Positions 18,385-28,018 of a stretch of 64,000 bases of DNA are shown one piece after another. The notes beneath the pieces were generated by a model, which had not been told where the DNA came from, made no database searches, and worked only from the letters and a program-made list of their open reading frames with translations. The first letter of the stretch is position 1; each line of letters begins with the position of its first letter. This DNA comes from Candidatus Deferrimicrobiaceae bacterium (GTDB taxonomy: Bacteria > Desulfobacterota > Deferrimicrobia > Deferrimicrobiales > Deferrimicrobiaceae): positions 65,751-129,750 of the forward strand of contig CAWBVY010000010.1 of the NCBI GenBank assembly GCA_963792415.1, written 5' to 3'. The position numbers were made by a program, and so were the translations under genes.

Positions 18385-19598
18385 CCTCGCTCGAATCCCA
18401 GATCGAGGCGCTTACGACCCGGCTTCGCGAGGTCGAGGAGCAGCTCGCGCAGGCGCAGAGGATGGAGGCGATCGGGCGGCTGACCGGCGGGATCGCCCAC
18501 GACTTCAACAACCTCCTGACCGGGATCCTCGGCTACTCTTCGCTCCTCAAGACGTTCCTTCCCGAAAACGGCCGGGGGTACGAGGCGGCCGCCTACATCG
18601 AACGGTCCGCCCGCCGCGCCTCCGAGCTGACCCGGCAGCTGCTCGCCTATTCCCGGCGGGAGACCCCGAGGTTCCGTCCGGTGGATCTGCGGAAAGTGAC
18701 CGGGGAGGCGATCGAGATCCTTGCCCGCTCCGTGAACAAGAACATCGAGATCCACACCGACTTCCATCACCCCCAGGAACCCGTGACGGGGGACGCGGGG
18801 ACCCTCGTCCAGGCGCTGCTGAACCTGGGAGTCAACGCCGCCGACGCCATGCCCGGGGGAGGGCGCCTGACGTTCACCACCGCCCCCTTCGTTTCCGACG
18901 GGGAGACCTACCTGAACGACGTCCTCGTTCCCGAGGGGCGGTACGTCTCCATCTGCGTGGCCGACTCGGGGTGCGGCATCCCGGAGGAGATCCGCGACGA
19001 GGTCTTCGCCCCCTTCTTCACGACCAAGGCGCCGGGCGAGGGGACGGGGCTCGGCCTCTCGATGGTGTACAGCTGCGTCCGCACCCACGGGGGATTCCTG
19101 CGCCTCGTGAGCAGCGTCGGCGTGGGCACGACGTTCCAGATCCTCCTCCCGGTCACGGAGGAGCCGGGGGATGCCGACGAACCGCGCGAGGCCGAGACGG
19201 AGGTCCCCCGGGGAACCGAGACCGTGCTCGTCGTCGACGACGAGGAGATCCCCCGGAACCTCCTGTGCGACGTGCTCCGCTCCCTGGGGTACACGACCCT
19301 GCCCGCCGCCTCCGGCGAGGAGGCGATCGAGATCCTTCGCTACGCGCCGGAAAAAGTGGACCTGGTGATCGTGGACCGGATCATGGCCGGGATGGACGGC
19401 TCCGAAACCTTCGCGCGTCTCCGCGCCATCCGTCCGACCCTCCGGACGATCCTCTGTTCCGGGACCTCCGAAGCGGAGAGAACGCCCTCCGGCGCCGTCC
19501 CGGAAGGGTTCGACGATTTCCTCCAGAAGCCGTACGAGCGGGGGACGCTGGCCCGCAAGGTGCGGTCCGTTCTCGACGCAAGACCGTCAAATAATTGA
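18381..19598 (+). CDS. Hybrid histidine kinase-receiver (CckA-like) lacking a sensor domain
   Basis: GGIAHDFNNLLT H-box, NAADAM, DSGCGI, FFTTK..GTGLGL, C-terminal REC (VDDE..VDRIM). Confidence 0.92.
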   Translation: MTSLESQIEALTTRLREVEEQLAQAQRMEAIGRLTGGIAHDFNNLLTGILGYSSLLKTFLPENGRGYEAAAYIERSARRASELTRQLLAYSRRETPRFRPVDLRKVTGEAIEILARSVNKNIEIHTDFHHPQEPVTGDAGTLVQALLNLGVNAADAMPGGGRLTFTTAPFVSDGETYLNDVLVPEGRYVSICVADSGCGIPEEIRDEVFAPFFTTKAPGEGTGLGLSMVYSCVRTHGGFLRLVSSVGVGTTFQILLPVTEEPGDADEPREAETEVPRGTETVLVVDDEEIPRNLLCDVLRSLGYTTLPAASGEEAIEILRYAPEKVDLVIVDRIMAGMDGSETFARLRAIRPTLRTILCSGTSEAERTPSGAVPEGFDDFLQKPYERGTLARKVRSVLDARPSNN

Positions 19599-19600
19599 CG
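19585..19600. promoter_or_regulatory. Palindromic EBP enhancer (FleQ-box-like)
   Basis: CGTCAA-ATAA-TTGACG, ~95 bp upstream of the sigma54 box, with an extra half-site TTGACG at 19615-19620. Confidence 0.6.
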
Positions 19601-19665
19601 ATCTCTTGGGAGTTTTGACGCCCCGCCCGCCTGCCCGTCCGGTTCTTATTTAAATAACCGATACA

Positions 19666-19678
19666 TATCAATTGCTTA
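19666..19678 (+). promoter_or_regulatory. IHF site
   Basis: TATCAATTGCTTA matches WATCAANNNNTTR, with an AT tract upstream, between enhancer and sigma54 promoter. Confidence 0.7.
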
Positions 19679-19693
19679 TAGGTTTTAACCGGA

Positions 19694-19709
19694 TGGCACA
19701 CCGTTTGCT
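19694..19709 (+). promoter_or_regulatory. sigma54 promoter of fliA
   Basis: TGGCACACCGTTTGCT matches the -24/-12 consensus. Confidence 0.88.
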
Positions 19710-19762
19710 CTCCTACTGGTCGACACGATTCCTTACGACCCCAAGGGACGAGGGCAAACGCC

Positions 19763-20536
19763 ATGATGCAGGGACAGGCAGCGCTTTCCAAGGACAGGAT
19801 CCGAAAGGCATCCCCCCGGAAATCCCGCAAACCCGACCGGGAAGCGATCGTCAACGACTTCCTCCCGAGCATCCGCATTCACGCCGCGCGCCTGAAGATG
19901 CGCATCCCTCCCCACATCGAGACCGACGATCTCGTCAGTTCCGGCGTCGTGGGACTGCTGGACGCGCTGAACCGGTACGACAACACCCGGGGGATCAAGT
20001 TCAAGACGTACGCCGAGTTCCGGATCCGGGGCGCCATGCTCGACTACCTCCGCGAGATGGACTGGTTCCCGCGGTCCGCGAGGCAGCACTCGACCCGGCT
20101 GCAGTCGACCTACACCCGGCTCGAAAACCTCCTCGGAAGGGCTCCCGAGGAAGAGGAGGTCGCGGAGAGCCTGGGGATAACCGTCGACGAGCTTCGCAAG
20201 CAGCTGGCGACGTTCATGGGGATGACCGTGTTCTCTCTCGACGCGCTCCAGGACGAGGAGGAGGAATCCGGCGCGGGGTGGCGTCACATCCTCGCCGAAG
20301 CGGCGATGGACGAGAGCCGGGAAGAGGAGCTCACCCGGGAACTGAAGGACGTCCTCGGGAAGGCGATCGACATGCTCCCCGAGCGCGAACGGCAGCTGAT
20401 CGCGTTCTACTACCAGGAGGACCTGACCCTGCGCGAGATCAGCCGGATCTTCGGGCTGGGCGAGCCCCGCGTCTGCCAGCTTCACGCGCAGGCGGTCCTG
20501 AGGCTGAAGGGAAAGATCAACCGTCACTTCCGGTAG
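19763..20536 (+). CDS. fliA: RNA polymerase sigma28 factor FliA/WhiG
   Basis: DDLVSSGVVGLLDA, KFKTYAEFRIRGAMLDYLREMDW, YYQEDLTLREI..RVCQLHAQA. Confidence 0.95.
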   Translation: MMQGQAALSKDRIRKASPRKSRKPDREAIVNDFLPSIRIHAARLKMRIPPHIETDDLVSSGVVGLLDALNRYDNTRGIKFKTYAEFRIRGAMLDYLREMDWFPRSARQHSTRLQSTYTRLENLLGRAPEEEEVAESLGITVDELRKQLATFMGMTVFSLDALQDEEEESGAGWRHILAEAAMDESREEELTRELKDVLGKAIDMLPERERQLIAFYYQEDLTLREISRIFGLGEPRVCQLHAQAVLRLKGKINRHFR

Positions 20537-20598
20537 GTTCGCGCCGGTTCGTGGTAGGATGTCCGGACCCCCTGCAGTTTACAGGAAGAGGTCCGCGC

Positions 20599-20895
20599 TT
20601 GAAGGTTTCCAAAAGGTTTGCCACCCACGGCCTGAACGTCTCGATGTCCGTCTTCGTCGGTATATCCGTCTACGGGTTCCTCAAGTACGCGGAAGGCGGG
20701 TTCACCATCGTGCCATCCGTCTTCTCGCTCTCCACGCTGGCGTTTTCCGTCCTCATCGTCGCTTCGATCGCGGGCATCTGCTTCTTCGGGCACCAGCTCG
20801 ACCTTCGCAACCTGGCGATTTACCGGGAGGAAGAGGCCCGCAAGGCCACCGACGCCGCGAAGCAGGGCCGCCGGAAACCCGTCAAGGGAGAGTAA
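20599..20895 (+). CDS. Small membrane protein with two TM segments
   Basis: GGAAGAGG RBS, TTG start, two hydrophobic segments and a basic tail; follows fliA. Confidence 0.6.
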   Translation: MKVSKRFATHGLNVSMSVFVGISVYGFLKYAEGGFTIVPSVFSLSTLAFSVLIVASIAGICFFGHQLDLRNLAIYREEEARKATDAAKQGRRKPVKGE

Positions 20896-21745
20896 AGAGC
20901 CGCTTCCGGAGCAGGTCGCGCACGGCTTCGGCCGGCGTCTCGCGCGCATGCAGGGGCGGGTCGCCAACCCCCGGGTGCAGCTCCTCGAGGCAGGGGCGGT
21001 CCTCCCGGCGGTACAGGACCCCGATCGGGATCCGCTCCTCCCACTCCAGCGACAGCTCCAACGCCCGCATCCGGTCGGCCGCATCATGGTCGGCCGGAAG
21101 CTTGTACACCATCTTCCCGTACCACTGGTACGTGTTTTTCTTGTTGAACGTGACGCACGGCTGCAGGATGTCGACCAGGGCGAACCCCTTGTGCGCGATC
21201 GCCTTGACCATCAGGTCGGCGGTGAACTCGACGTCGGCGGCAAGGCCGCGGGCGACGAACCCGCACCCCAGGGCAATCGCCGCGGCGAGCGGCGGGAAGG
21301 GGCCCGCGATGACTCCGGAGCGCTGAAGCGACCCGCTCCACCCGGGGTCGCTGGTGGGGGACGGCTGCCCCTTCGTAAGCCCGTACACCTGGTTGTCGTG
21401 GACGAACACGGCGATGTCCGGGTTGCGCCGGATATTGTGGACGAAGTGATTCCCCCCCTCGCCGTAGATATCGCCGTCGCCGCTGGTCACCACGACGGTG
21501 AGCGACGGATTGGCCATCCTGATCGCCAGCGCGGCGGGAAGGGCGCGGCCATGGAGCCCGTTGAAGACGTTGACGTCCACGTGGTGCGGCAATTTCGCCG
21601 CCTGCCCGATCCCTGAGACGAGGACGATCCCGTGCTTCGGCTTTCCCGTCCGCTCCAGCGCTTTTTTCACCGCTTCGAGGATCGGGAAGTTCCCGCACCC
21701 CGGGCACCATGCGCTCTCCACATCCGTGTCGAAGATTCCGCTCAT
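20882..21745 (-). CDS. korB: 2-oxoacid:ferredoxin oxidoreductase beta subunit
   Basis: WCPGCGNF, SGIGQ, LHGRALP, GDGD..EGGNH, NQVYGLTKGQ, QPCVTFN. Confidence 0.93.
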   Translation of the reverse strand: MSGIFDTDVESAWCPGCGNFPILEAVKKALERTGKPKHGIVLVSGIGQAAKLPHHVDVNVFNGLHGRALPAALAIRMANPSLTVVVTSGDGDIYGEGGNHFVHNIRRNPDIAVFVHDNQVYGLTKGQPSPTSDPGWSGSLQRSGVIAGPFPPLAAAIALGCGFVARGLAADVEFTADLMVKAIAHKGFALVDILQPCVTFNKKNTYQWYGKMVYKLPADHDAADRMRALELSLEWEERIPIGVLYRREDRPCLEELHPGVGDPPLHARETPAEAVRDLLRKRLFTLP

Positions 21746-23448
21746 CGCCGCTCCTTCACGCGTTCCGCCACTTCCCCCGGGGTGAACGGCAGCCCGTCGA
21801 ACCGCGCGATCGTCCCCGAAACCTCGCGCCCCGTCTCCGCCCGGATCAGGCGCGCCAGCTGTCCCGTGCGGTTGTTTTCGACCGTCAGCGCCATACGGTA
21901 GCGGTCGAGGATCTCCGACACCGCGCGCGCGGGGAACGGGGCGACCTGTCGCAGGTGGACCGCGGCGGCGGAGACCCCTTCGGACGACAGGATCTCACGC
22001 GCCTCGGCGATCACCCCCTTCGTGGAACCGAACCCGATCAGCAGTACCTCCCCGTCCGGGGGACCGGCGAGGAGCGGCGGCAGCGTCTCCATCGCCAGCG
22101 ACTCTCCTTTCCTCATCCGCTTCTCCACCATCGCGACCCGAACCGCGTGATCCTCCGTCAGGTGGCCGTCCTCCGTGTGCTCGTCGCTGTCGGAGACCAC
22201 GACGATCCCCGGCTCGCCCGGCACGGCCATCGGGGAGACGCCGTCCGCGGTGACCGCAAACCGGAGATACCTTCCCTTTCCGTCCCTCGGAACGTCGTTC
22301 CCGTGGACGATCCGCCGGTTCACGGGCGGCGCGGGAAAGTCCCCGGGGTCGGCGTCCACCACGGTGTCGGCGAGATACTGGTCCGTCAGGAGGATGCACG
22401 GGACCTGGTACGCCTCCGACATCTCCATCGCGTGGTGCGCCAGCGCGTACGCCTCTTCGACCGAGCCGGGGGCAAGCACAAGGCGGGGAAACTCCCCGTG
22501 CCCTGCGGAGAAGGCGAACGCGAGGTCCTCCTGCCCGGTGCGGGTGGGCATTCCGGTGGCCGGTCCCGGGCGCATCGCCAGAGCGACCACCACGGGCGTT
22601 TCCATCATCCCCGCCAGCGAGAGCGCCTCCGCCATCAGGGCGAACCCTCCCCCGGAGGTGGCCACCATCGCCCGCGCCCCCGCGTACGCGGCGCCGACCG
22701 CCATGTTCAGCGCCGCGATCTCGTCCTCGGCCTGCTCGAAGACGAGCCCCAGCGGCGGCCCGTCCACGGAGAGTCCGAGCAGGATGCTGCTGCCCGGCGT
22801 CATCGGGTACCCTGCGGCGAACTTGCACCCACCGGCCACCGCCCCGAGAGCCAGCGCCTCGTTCCCGGACAGGATCATCCGGGGATGGAACCCCGCCTCC
22901 GGCATGCCATACCCCGTCGGGACACGCGGCTCCGCCCACCCGGCCCCAAGCCGTGCCGCCGCCCGGTTCTTTTCGAGAAAATCGCCCTTGAACTCGAGGG
23001 TCAGGACCCGGTCCACCGCTTCCGGCGGAATTCCGAGGGCACGGGCGACGATGACGGTCCCCACGATGTTCGTGAGGATCGGGCTTCCCGCGGCGACCGC
23101 CAGTTCCTTCAGCGGCGCGGCGATCACCCGCGGGTCCGCGCTCCCCGCCTCTTCCGCCGGCAGATCGCACACGACGATGCCTCCCGGGGAGACCGAGGCG
23201 AGGATGTGCGGGAGAAGCGAAGGGTCGAGGGAGAGAACGATGTCCGCCTGCTCCCGCCCCGCGCGGACCGGGATCTCCCGGATCCGGACGGAATACGAGT
23301 TCCGCCCCCCCCGGATCCGGCTCATGTAGTCCTGGGTGGCGTGGAAATGATGCCCCGCGGCGACGGCAAGGCGGCAGAGGAGCCCGCCGGCGGTGTGCAC
23401 CCCCTGGCCGGCCCCGCCCATCACCCGGATATTGACGTCGATTCCCAT
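21742..23448 (-). CDS. korA: 2-oxoacid:ferredoxin oxidoreductase alpha(/gamma) subunit
   Basis: GGAGQGV, SRIRGG, GYPMTPG, QAEDEIAA, TSGGGF, RPGPATGMPT. Confidence 0.93.
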   Translation of the reverse strand: MGIDVNIRVMGGAGQGVHTAGGLLCRLAVAAGHHFHATQDYMSRIRGGRNSYSVRIREIPVRAGREQADIVLSLDPSLLPHILASVSPGGIVVCDLPAEEAGSADPRVIAAPLKELAVAAGSPILTNIVGTVIVARALGIPPEAVDRVLTLEFKGDFLEKNRAAARLGAGWAEPRVPTGYGMPEAGFHPRMILSGNEALALGAVAGGCKFAAGYPMTPGSSILLGLSVDGPPLGLVFEQAEDEIAALNMAVGAAYAGARAMVATSGGGFALMAEALSLAGMMETPVVVALAMRPGPATGMPTRTGQEDLAFAFSAGHGEFPRLVLAPGSVEEAYALAHHAMEMSEAYQVPCILLTDQYLADTVVDADPGDFPAPPVNRRIVHGNDVPRDGKGRYLRFAVTADGVSPMAVPGEPGIVVVSDSDEHTEDGHLTEDHAVRVAMVEKRMRKGESLAMETLPPLLAGPPDGEVLLIGFGSTKGVIAEAREILSSEGVSAAAVHLRQVAPFPARAVSEILDRYRMALTVENNRTGQLARLIRAETGREVSGTIARFDGLPFTPGEVAERVKERR

Positions 23449-23515
23449 TCACCCCTCCCTTTTTCCTGTGATGATGCCTGGTGCTGCAAAGTTCCGCTTC
23501 GGGACGGATGTTGTT

Positions 23516-26500
23516 TTATTTCGGCAAGGAGGGCTCGCCCTTCAACACCTCGCCGATCAGCTCCACCGGAGAGCCCGCGGGCCGGAACACCGGCCTGTTG
23601 TCGTACGACGCCTCCCGTTCCTCCCCCAGCGTTCCCATAGCGTACCGGAGATTCAGGTTGGCGACCAGGTAATCGCGGCGCGCCTGCGCGAGGTTGACCC
23701 GTGCCTGGTTGAGGTTGAAATTGGCGTCGTCCACCTCCAGCTTCGTCTTCACCCCGTACTCGTACCCTTTCTCCGCGAGCGCCAGGAGGCTCTCCGCCTG
23801 CCCGACGGTGTCGGTGATCGCCCGGACGACCTCCCCCGCATCCCGGACGGCGTTCGTCGCGTCCCGGACCTGCAAAGCGATGCCGTCGAGGAGCCGGGCC
23901 TCCTCGATGCGAAGCGTGCTCCGCTCGCTCCGGGCCTGGGCGACCCGGCCCCGGGTGCGCAGGCCGTCGAACAGCGGCCACGATGCGAACAGCCCCGCCG
24001 ACCAGACCTGACCGTTGGCGCTGAGGTCCCCGAACGTGCTGTCCCTCCACCCGAGGTCCGCCTGGACGTCGAGCCGCGGCATGGTCCCCGCCTGCGCGAT
24101 CGTCACCAGCTCATCCGTGATCCCGATCCGGTGGCGGATATCGGACAACTCCGGGCGGTTCTCCACGGCGGTCGCAAGGGCCTTCCCGTATTCCGGGTAG
24201 GCTACGATCTCCGCCGCGAGGTCCCCACGCACGTCGATCGGCCGGCCGTCCCGCCCCAGCAGGAAACGGAGCCGCTCCCGGAGGGAAAGGAGCTGGTTCT
24301 CCGTGCGCACGATCACGGGCTTCGCGTTCTCCAGGCCCACCTTCGCCACAAGGACGTCGTAGTCCGTCGCCGTCCCCGCGGCGTATTTCTTTTGCGCCTC
24401 GTCGAGGAACCGCGTCTTCTGGTCCCGATTCTCCAGGGCGATGGCGTTCAGCTCGCGGGCCAGCAGGATGTCATGGAACGTCGTGGTGGCCTCCTTCAGC
24501 GCCGACTGCCGGGAGATCTTCAGCTGGTCGTCCGCGCCCGCCAGCCCCACCCGCGCCGCCCGGATCGCCGCCGACACCTGCCCCCCCGTGTACAGGGGCT
24601 GCGTCACCCCGAGCTGGGCGCCCACCGTGGTGTTCCCCGGGGGGATCCGGAACGCTTCCTGCGTGCTGTCCCAGCCTCGCGATCCCCCGGCGGTGCCGGT
24701 GACCTGCGGCAGGGCGGCCGCCCGCTCCTCGACATACTTCCCTTCCAGGGCATTGCGAAGCTCCAGGGCCTTGCGGATGTCCCGGTTGTTCTCGAGAGTG
24801 ATCCGGACCACGTCGTCGAGCGTCAGGATTTCCACGGTGGAGGAATCCTCGGCGAACGCGGCCGGCGTGCCGAGGGACGGGATCCCGTGAAGGAGGATCA
24901 GCAGCCCGGCGACGGCGCCGGCGACGGCCTTCTTCCCGTCCCATCTCCGCCGCACCCACGCGGCGAAATCGTCCAGCAGCGTGTAGACGACCGGAACGAC
25001 GAGCAGCGTCAGGAAGGTCGACGTGATCAGCCCCCCGACGACGGCCCGCGCCATCGGCGCGCGCTCCTCCGCCCCCGCCCCGATCCCCAGCGCCAGGGGG
25101 AGCATCCCGAAGATCATCGCCAGCGTCGTCATCAGGATGGGCCGCAGCCGGGTCCTGCCCGCCGTGATCACCGCCTCGCCCCGCTCCATCCCCCGCGCCT
25201 GCAGCACCTTCGCGTAATCCACGAGCAGGATCGCGTTCTTCGTCACCAGCCCCATCAGCATGATGAGGCCGATGAGGGACATGATGTTCACCGTGTCCCC
25301 CGTCAGCAGCAGCATCCCCGCCATCCCCACGATCGAGAGGGGCAGGGAAAGCATGATGGCGAACGGCTCGATGAACGACTCGAACTGCGCGGCGAGAATC
25401 AGGTAGACGAAGATCACGGCGAGGAGCAGCGCCTCGGCCATGTATCCGAACGACTCGATCATGTCCTCTCCCTCCCCGGTGAAGACGATGCGGTACCCCG
25501 GAGCCATCGGCATCCCGCCGGCGATCGCCTTGACCTTGTTCATCGCCTCCCCCAGCGGCAACCCGTCGAGGTTCGCCGAGATCACGACCTCCCGGGTCAA
25601 CGCCTGCCGGTTGATCTCGGACGGGGTGTCGCTCAGGGAATACCGGGCCACTTCGCCCAGCGGCACGAGGGCGACTCCTTCCGCCCCCCGGTTCACCGCC
25701 AGCCGGACCCGCTCCACCTGGGACGGGTCCATGCGCATCGCGACGGGCAGCCGGACGCGAACGTTCACGGCGTCGCCGTCCGGGTCCTCGAAGGTCGAGA
25801 CCACCTGCCCCCCGATCAGCGCACCCACGGTGCGCACGACGGCCCCGGTCGTCACGCCCAGGTCCGCCGCCCGCTTCCCGTCGACGGTCAGGCGATACTC
25901 CGGGATGTCGTGCTCCAGGGTCACCTCGAGGTCGACGATCCCGGGGATCTTCCGGATCTCCCGTTTCAGCGCCGCCGCGTACCCCTTGAGCAGGCCGATG
26001 TCCTCCCCGCGCACGGCCACGGTGAACGGCTTCGCCCCGGTGACCCTTCCCACCTCGACGATCGCGGAGAGAATCCCGGGGATCGTCCCCAGCCGCTCCC
26101 GCACCTCCTTCTGGATCTCGTCCTGGCCCCGTTTCCGCTCCCTCTTTTCGGAGAGCTTCACGTACACCATGCCGTCCCGGACCGTCCCCGCGTCCCCGGC
26201 CCCGATGGTCGCGAAGGTGCTGCGGACCTCGCGGATCTCGCGGAGTTCCGAAAGGATCGCCTCGACGCGGCCCCGGGTCTCGAGGAGGGAAGCGTCCGGC
26301 GCCGACGTGAAGTTGATCTGGAACTCGGCCCGGTCCACCGGCGTGAAGAACTCGGTCTTGAGGGTCGCGAACGCCACGATGCCGGCGAGGAATGCCAGCG
26401 TCGCGAGGGCCAGGACCGTCTTCCGGTGCCCGAGGGCCCACGCGATCACGGACCGGTACCGGTCGGCCGTCCGGTCGAACCAGCCGTTGAACCGGTCGAG

Positions 26501-28015
26501 GATCCGGGCGACGAGGTGCCGCTTCCCCGTCCGGTCGATGTCGGGGTCGTGCCAGCGGGACGAGAGCATCGGGTCGAGGGTGAACGACACGAAGAGGGAG
26601 ACGAGAACCGCGAAGGCCACGGTGATCCCGAACTGGAAGAAGAAGCGCCCGACGATCCCCTTCATGAACGCCACCGGCACGAAGACGGCGACGATGGAGA
26701 AGGTGGTGGCGACCACCGCGAGACCGATCTCCGAGGTCCCGGCCGAGGCCGCCTCGAAATGGTCCTGCCCGAATTCGAGGTGCCGGACGATGTTCTCCCG
26801 GACCACGATCGCGTCGTCGATGAGGAGTCCGATGGCGAGGGAGAGCGCCATCAGCGTCATCACGTTGAGCGTCATCCCCATGAAGTTCATGACGATGAAG
26901 GAGGAGATGACGGAGATCGGCAGGGTGAGCCCGGTGATCACCGTGGAGCGCCACGAGTTGAGGAAGCAGAAGACGATGAAGATCGTCAGGATCCCGCCGA
27001 GGACCAGGGTCGTCTGGACGTCTTCCACCGAGTCCCGGATCATGATCGAAGCGTCCCGGACGATCTCGATCCTCGTCCCGGGCGGAAGCTCCGGCTGCAG
27101 GCGAGCGATCTCCTTCTTGACCAGCTCGACCACGGAGACCGTGTTCGCCCCCGACTGCTTCTGGATGTCGAGCGCGATCGCGGGAACGCCGTTGACGAGC
27201 GCGAGGGACCGCGGCTCCTCGATCCCGTCGATCACGTCGGCCACCTCTCCCAGCAGCACGGGCCGCCCGTTCCTCTGCCCGATCACCATCGACGGGAACC
27301 GGGACACCTCCGCGGGCTTCCCCGAAACGCGCAACGGGAATTCGGTCCCGTTCCTCGTCAACCGCCCGAGAGGGGTGTTGACGTTTTCGGACCGGATCCC
27401 CGCGATCACCTCGTCCACGCCCATGCCGAGCGCCTCGAGGCGCGCCTGGTCGATGTCGACGTTGACCTCCCGCTTCGACGACCCCACGAGGTCGACCTTC
27501 CCGACGCCGGGGATGTTCTCGAAGCGCCGCTGGACCTTCTTCTCCACCAGGGTGGTGAGGTCGTTCGGGGAAAGGGTGTCGGACCGGACCGCGAGGGACA
27601 CGATCGGCGCCGCCGCGAAGTCCAGCTTCTGGATGATCGGCTCCTCGATCCCCTCCGGCAGCTCGCCGCGGATCGCGGCGATCTTGGCCCGCGCCTCCTG
27701 GGCGCCGTCGTTGAGCTTCACCTCGAGCTGGAACTCGACCATCACCGTAGAGACGCTCTCGCGGGAGATCGAGAGGACTTTCTTCACCCCTGCGATCGGG
27801 TTGACCGCCTCCTCGATCCGCTTGCTGACCTCCCGCTCGACGCTCTCCGGCGAGGCGCCGGGGAATTTCGTGACGATGGTGACGACGGGGATTTCCACGT
27901 CGGGGAACATGTCGACCGCGAGCCGCTTGTAGGAGAAGGCGCCCAGCGTCACCAGGGCCAGCATCATCACCGAGGCGAAGATGGGGCGCTTGATCGAGAG
28001 GTCGGAGAGGAACAT
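23516..28015 (-). CDS. RND (AcrB-family) permease fused to a TolC-family outer-membrane factor, 1499 aa
   Basis: IGLLIDDAIVVRENI, GLVTKNAILLVD and RLRPILMTT in the first ~1020 aa. These are followed in frame by LTLDDVVRITLENN and two OEP-like repeats. Confidence 0.88.
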   Translation of the reverse strand: MFLSDLSIKRPIFASVMMLALVTLGAFSYKRLAVDMFPDVEIPVVTIVTKFPGASPESVEREVSKRIEEAVNPIAGVKKVLSISRESVSTVMVEFQLEVKLNDGAQEARAKIAAIRGELPEGIEEPIIQKLDFAAAPIVSLAVRSDTLSPNDLTTLVEKKVQRRFENIPGVGKVDLVGSSKREVNVDIDQARLEALGMGVDEVIAGIRSENVNTPLGRLTRNGTEFPLRVSGKPAEVSRFPSMVIGQRNGRPVLLGEVADVIDGIEEPRSLALVNGVPAIALDIQKQSGANTVSVVELVKKEIARLQPELPPGTRIEIVRDASIMIRDSVEDVQTTLVLGGILTIFIVFCFLNSWRSTVITGLTLPISVISSFIVMNFMGMTLNVMTLMALSLAIGLLIDDAIVVRENIVRHLEFGQDHFEAASAGTSEIGLAVVATTFSIVAVFVPVAFMKGIVGRFFFQFGITVAFAVLVSLFVSFTLDPMLSSRWHDPDIDRTGKRHLVARILDRFNGWFDRTADRYRSVIAWALGHRKTVLALATLAFLAGIVAFATLKTEFFTPVDRAEFQINFTSAPDASLLETRGRVEAILSELREIREVRSTFATIGAGDAGTVRDGMVYVKLSEKRERKRGQDEIQKEVRERLGTIPGILSAIVEVGRVTGAKPFTVAVRGEDIGLLKGYAAALKREIRKIPGIVDLEVTLEHDIPEYRLTVDGKRAADLGVTTGAVVRTVGALIGGQVVSTFEDPDGDAVNVRVRLPVAMRMDPSQVERVRLAVNRGAEGVALVPLGEVARYSLSDTPSEINRQALTREVVISANLDGLPLGEAMNKVKAIAGGMPMAPGYRIVFTGEGEDMIESFGYMAEALLLAVIFVYLILAAQFESFIEPFAIMLSLPLSIVGMAGMLLLTGDTVNIMSLIGLIMLMGLVTKNAILLVDYAKVLQARGMERGEAVITAGRTRLRPILMTTLAMIFGMLPLALGIGAGAEERAPMARAVVGGLITSTFLTLLVVPVVYTLLDDFAAWVRRRWDGKKAVAGAVAGLLILLHGIPSLGTPAAFAEDSSTVEILTLDDVVRITLENNRDIRKALELRNALEGKYVEERAAALPQVTGTAGGSRGWDSTQEAFRIPPGNTTVGAQLGVTQPLYTGGQVSAAIRAARVGLAGADDQLKISRQSALKEATTTFHDILLARELNAIALENRDQKTRFLDEAQKKYAAGTATDYDVLVAKVGLENAKPVIVRTENQLLSLRERLRFLLGRDGRPIDVRGDLAAEIVAYPEYGKALATAVENRPELSDIRHRIGITDELVTIAQAGTMPRLDVQADLGWRDSTFGDLSANGQVWSAGLFASWPLFDGLRTRGRVAQARSERSTLRIEEARLLDGIALQVRDATNAVRDAGEVVRAITDTVGQAESLLALAEKGYEYGVKTKLEVDDANFNLNQARVNLAQARRDYLVANLNLRYAMGTLGEEREASYDNRPVFRPAGSPVELIGEVLKGEPSLPK

Positions 28016-28018
28016 CGC

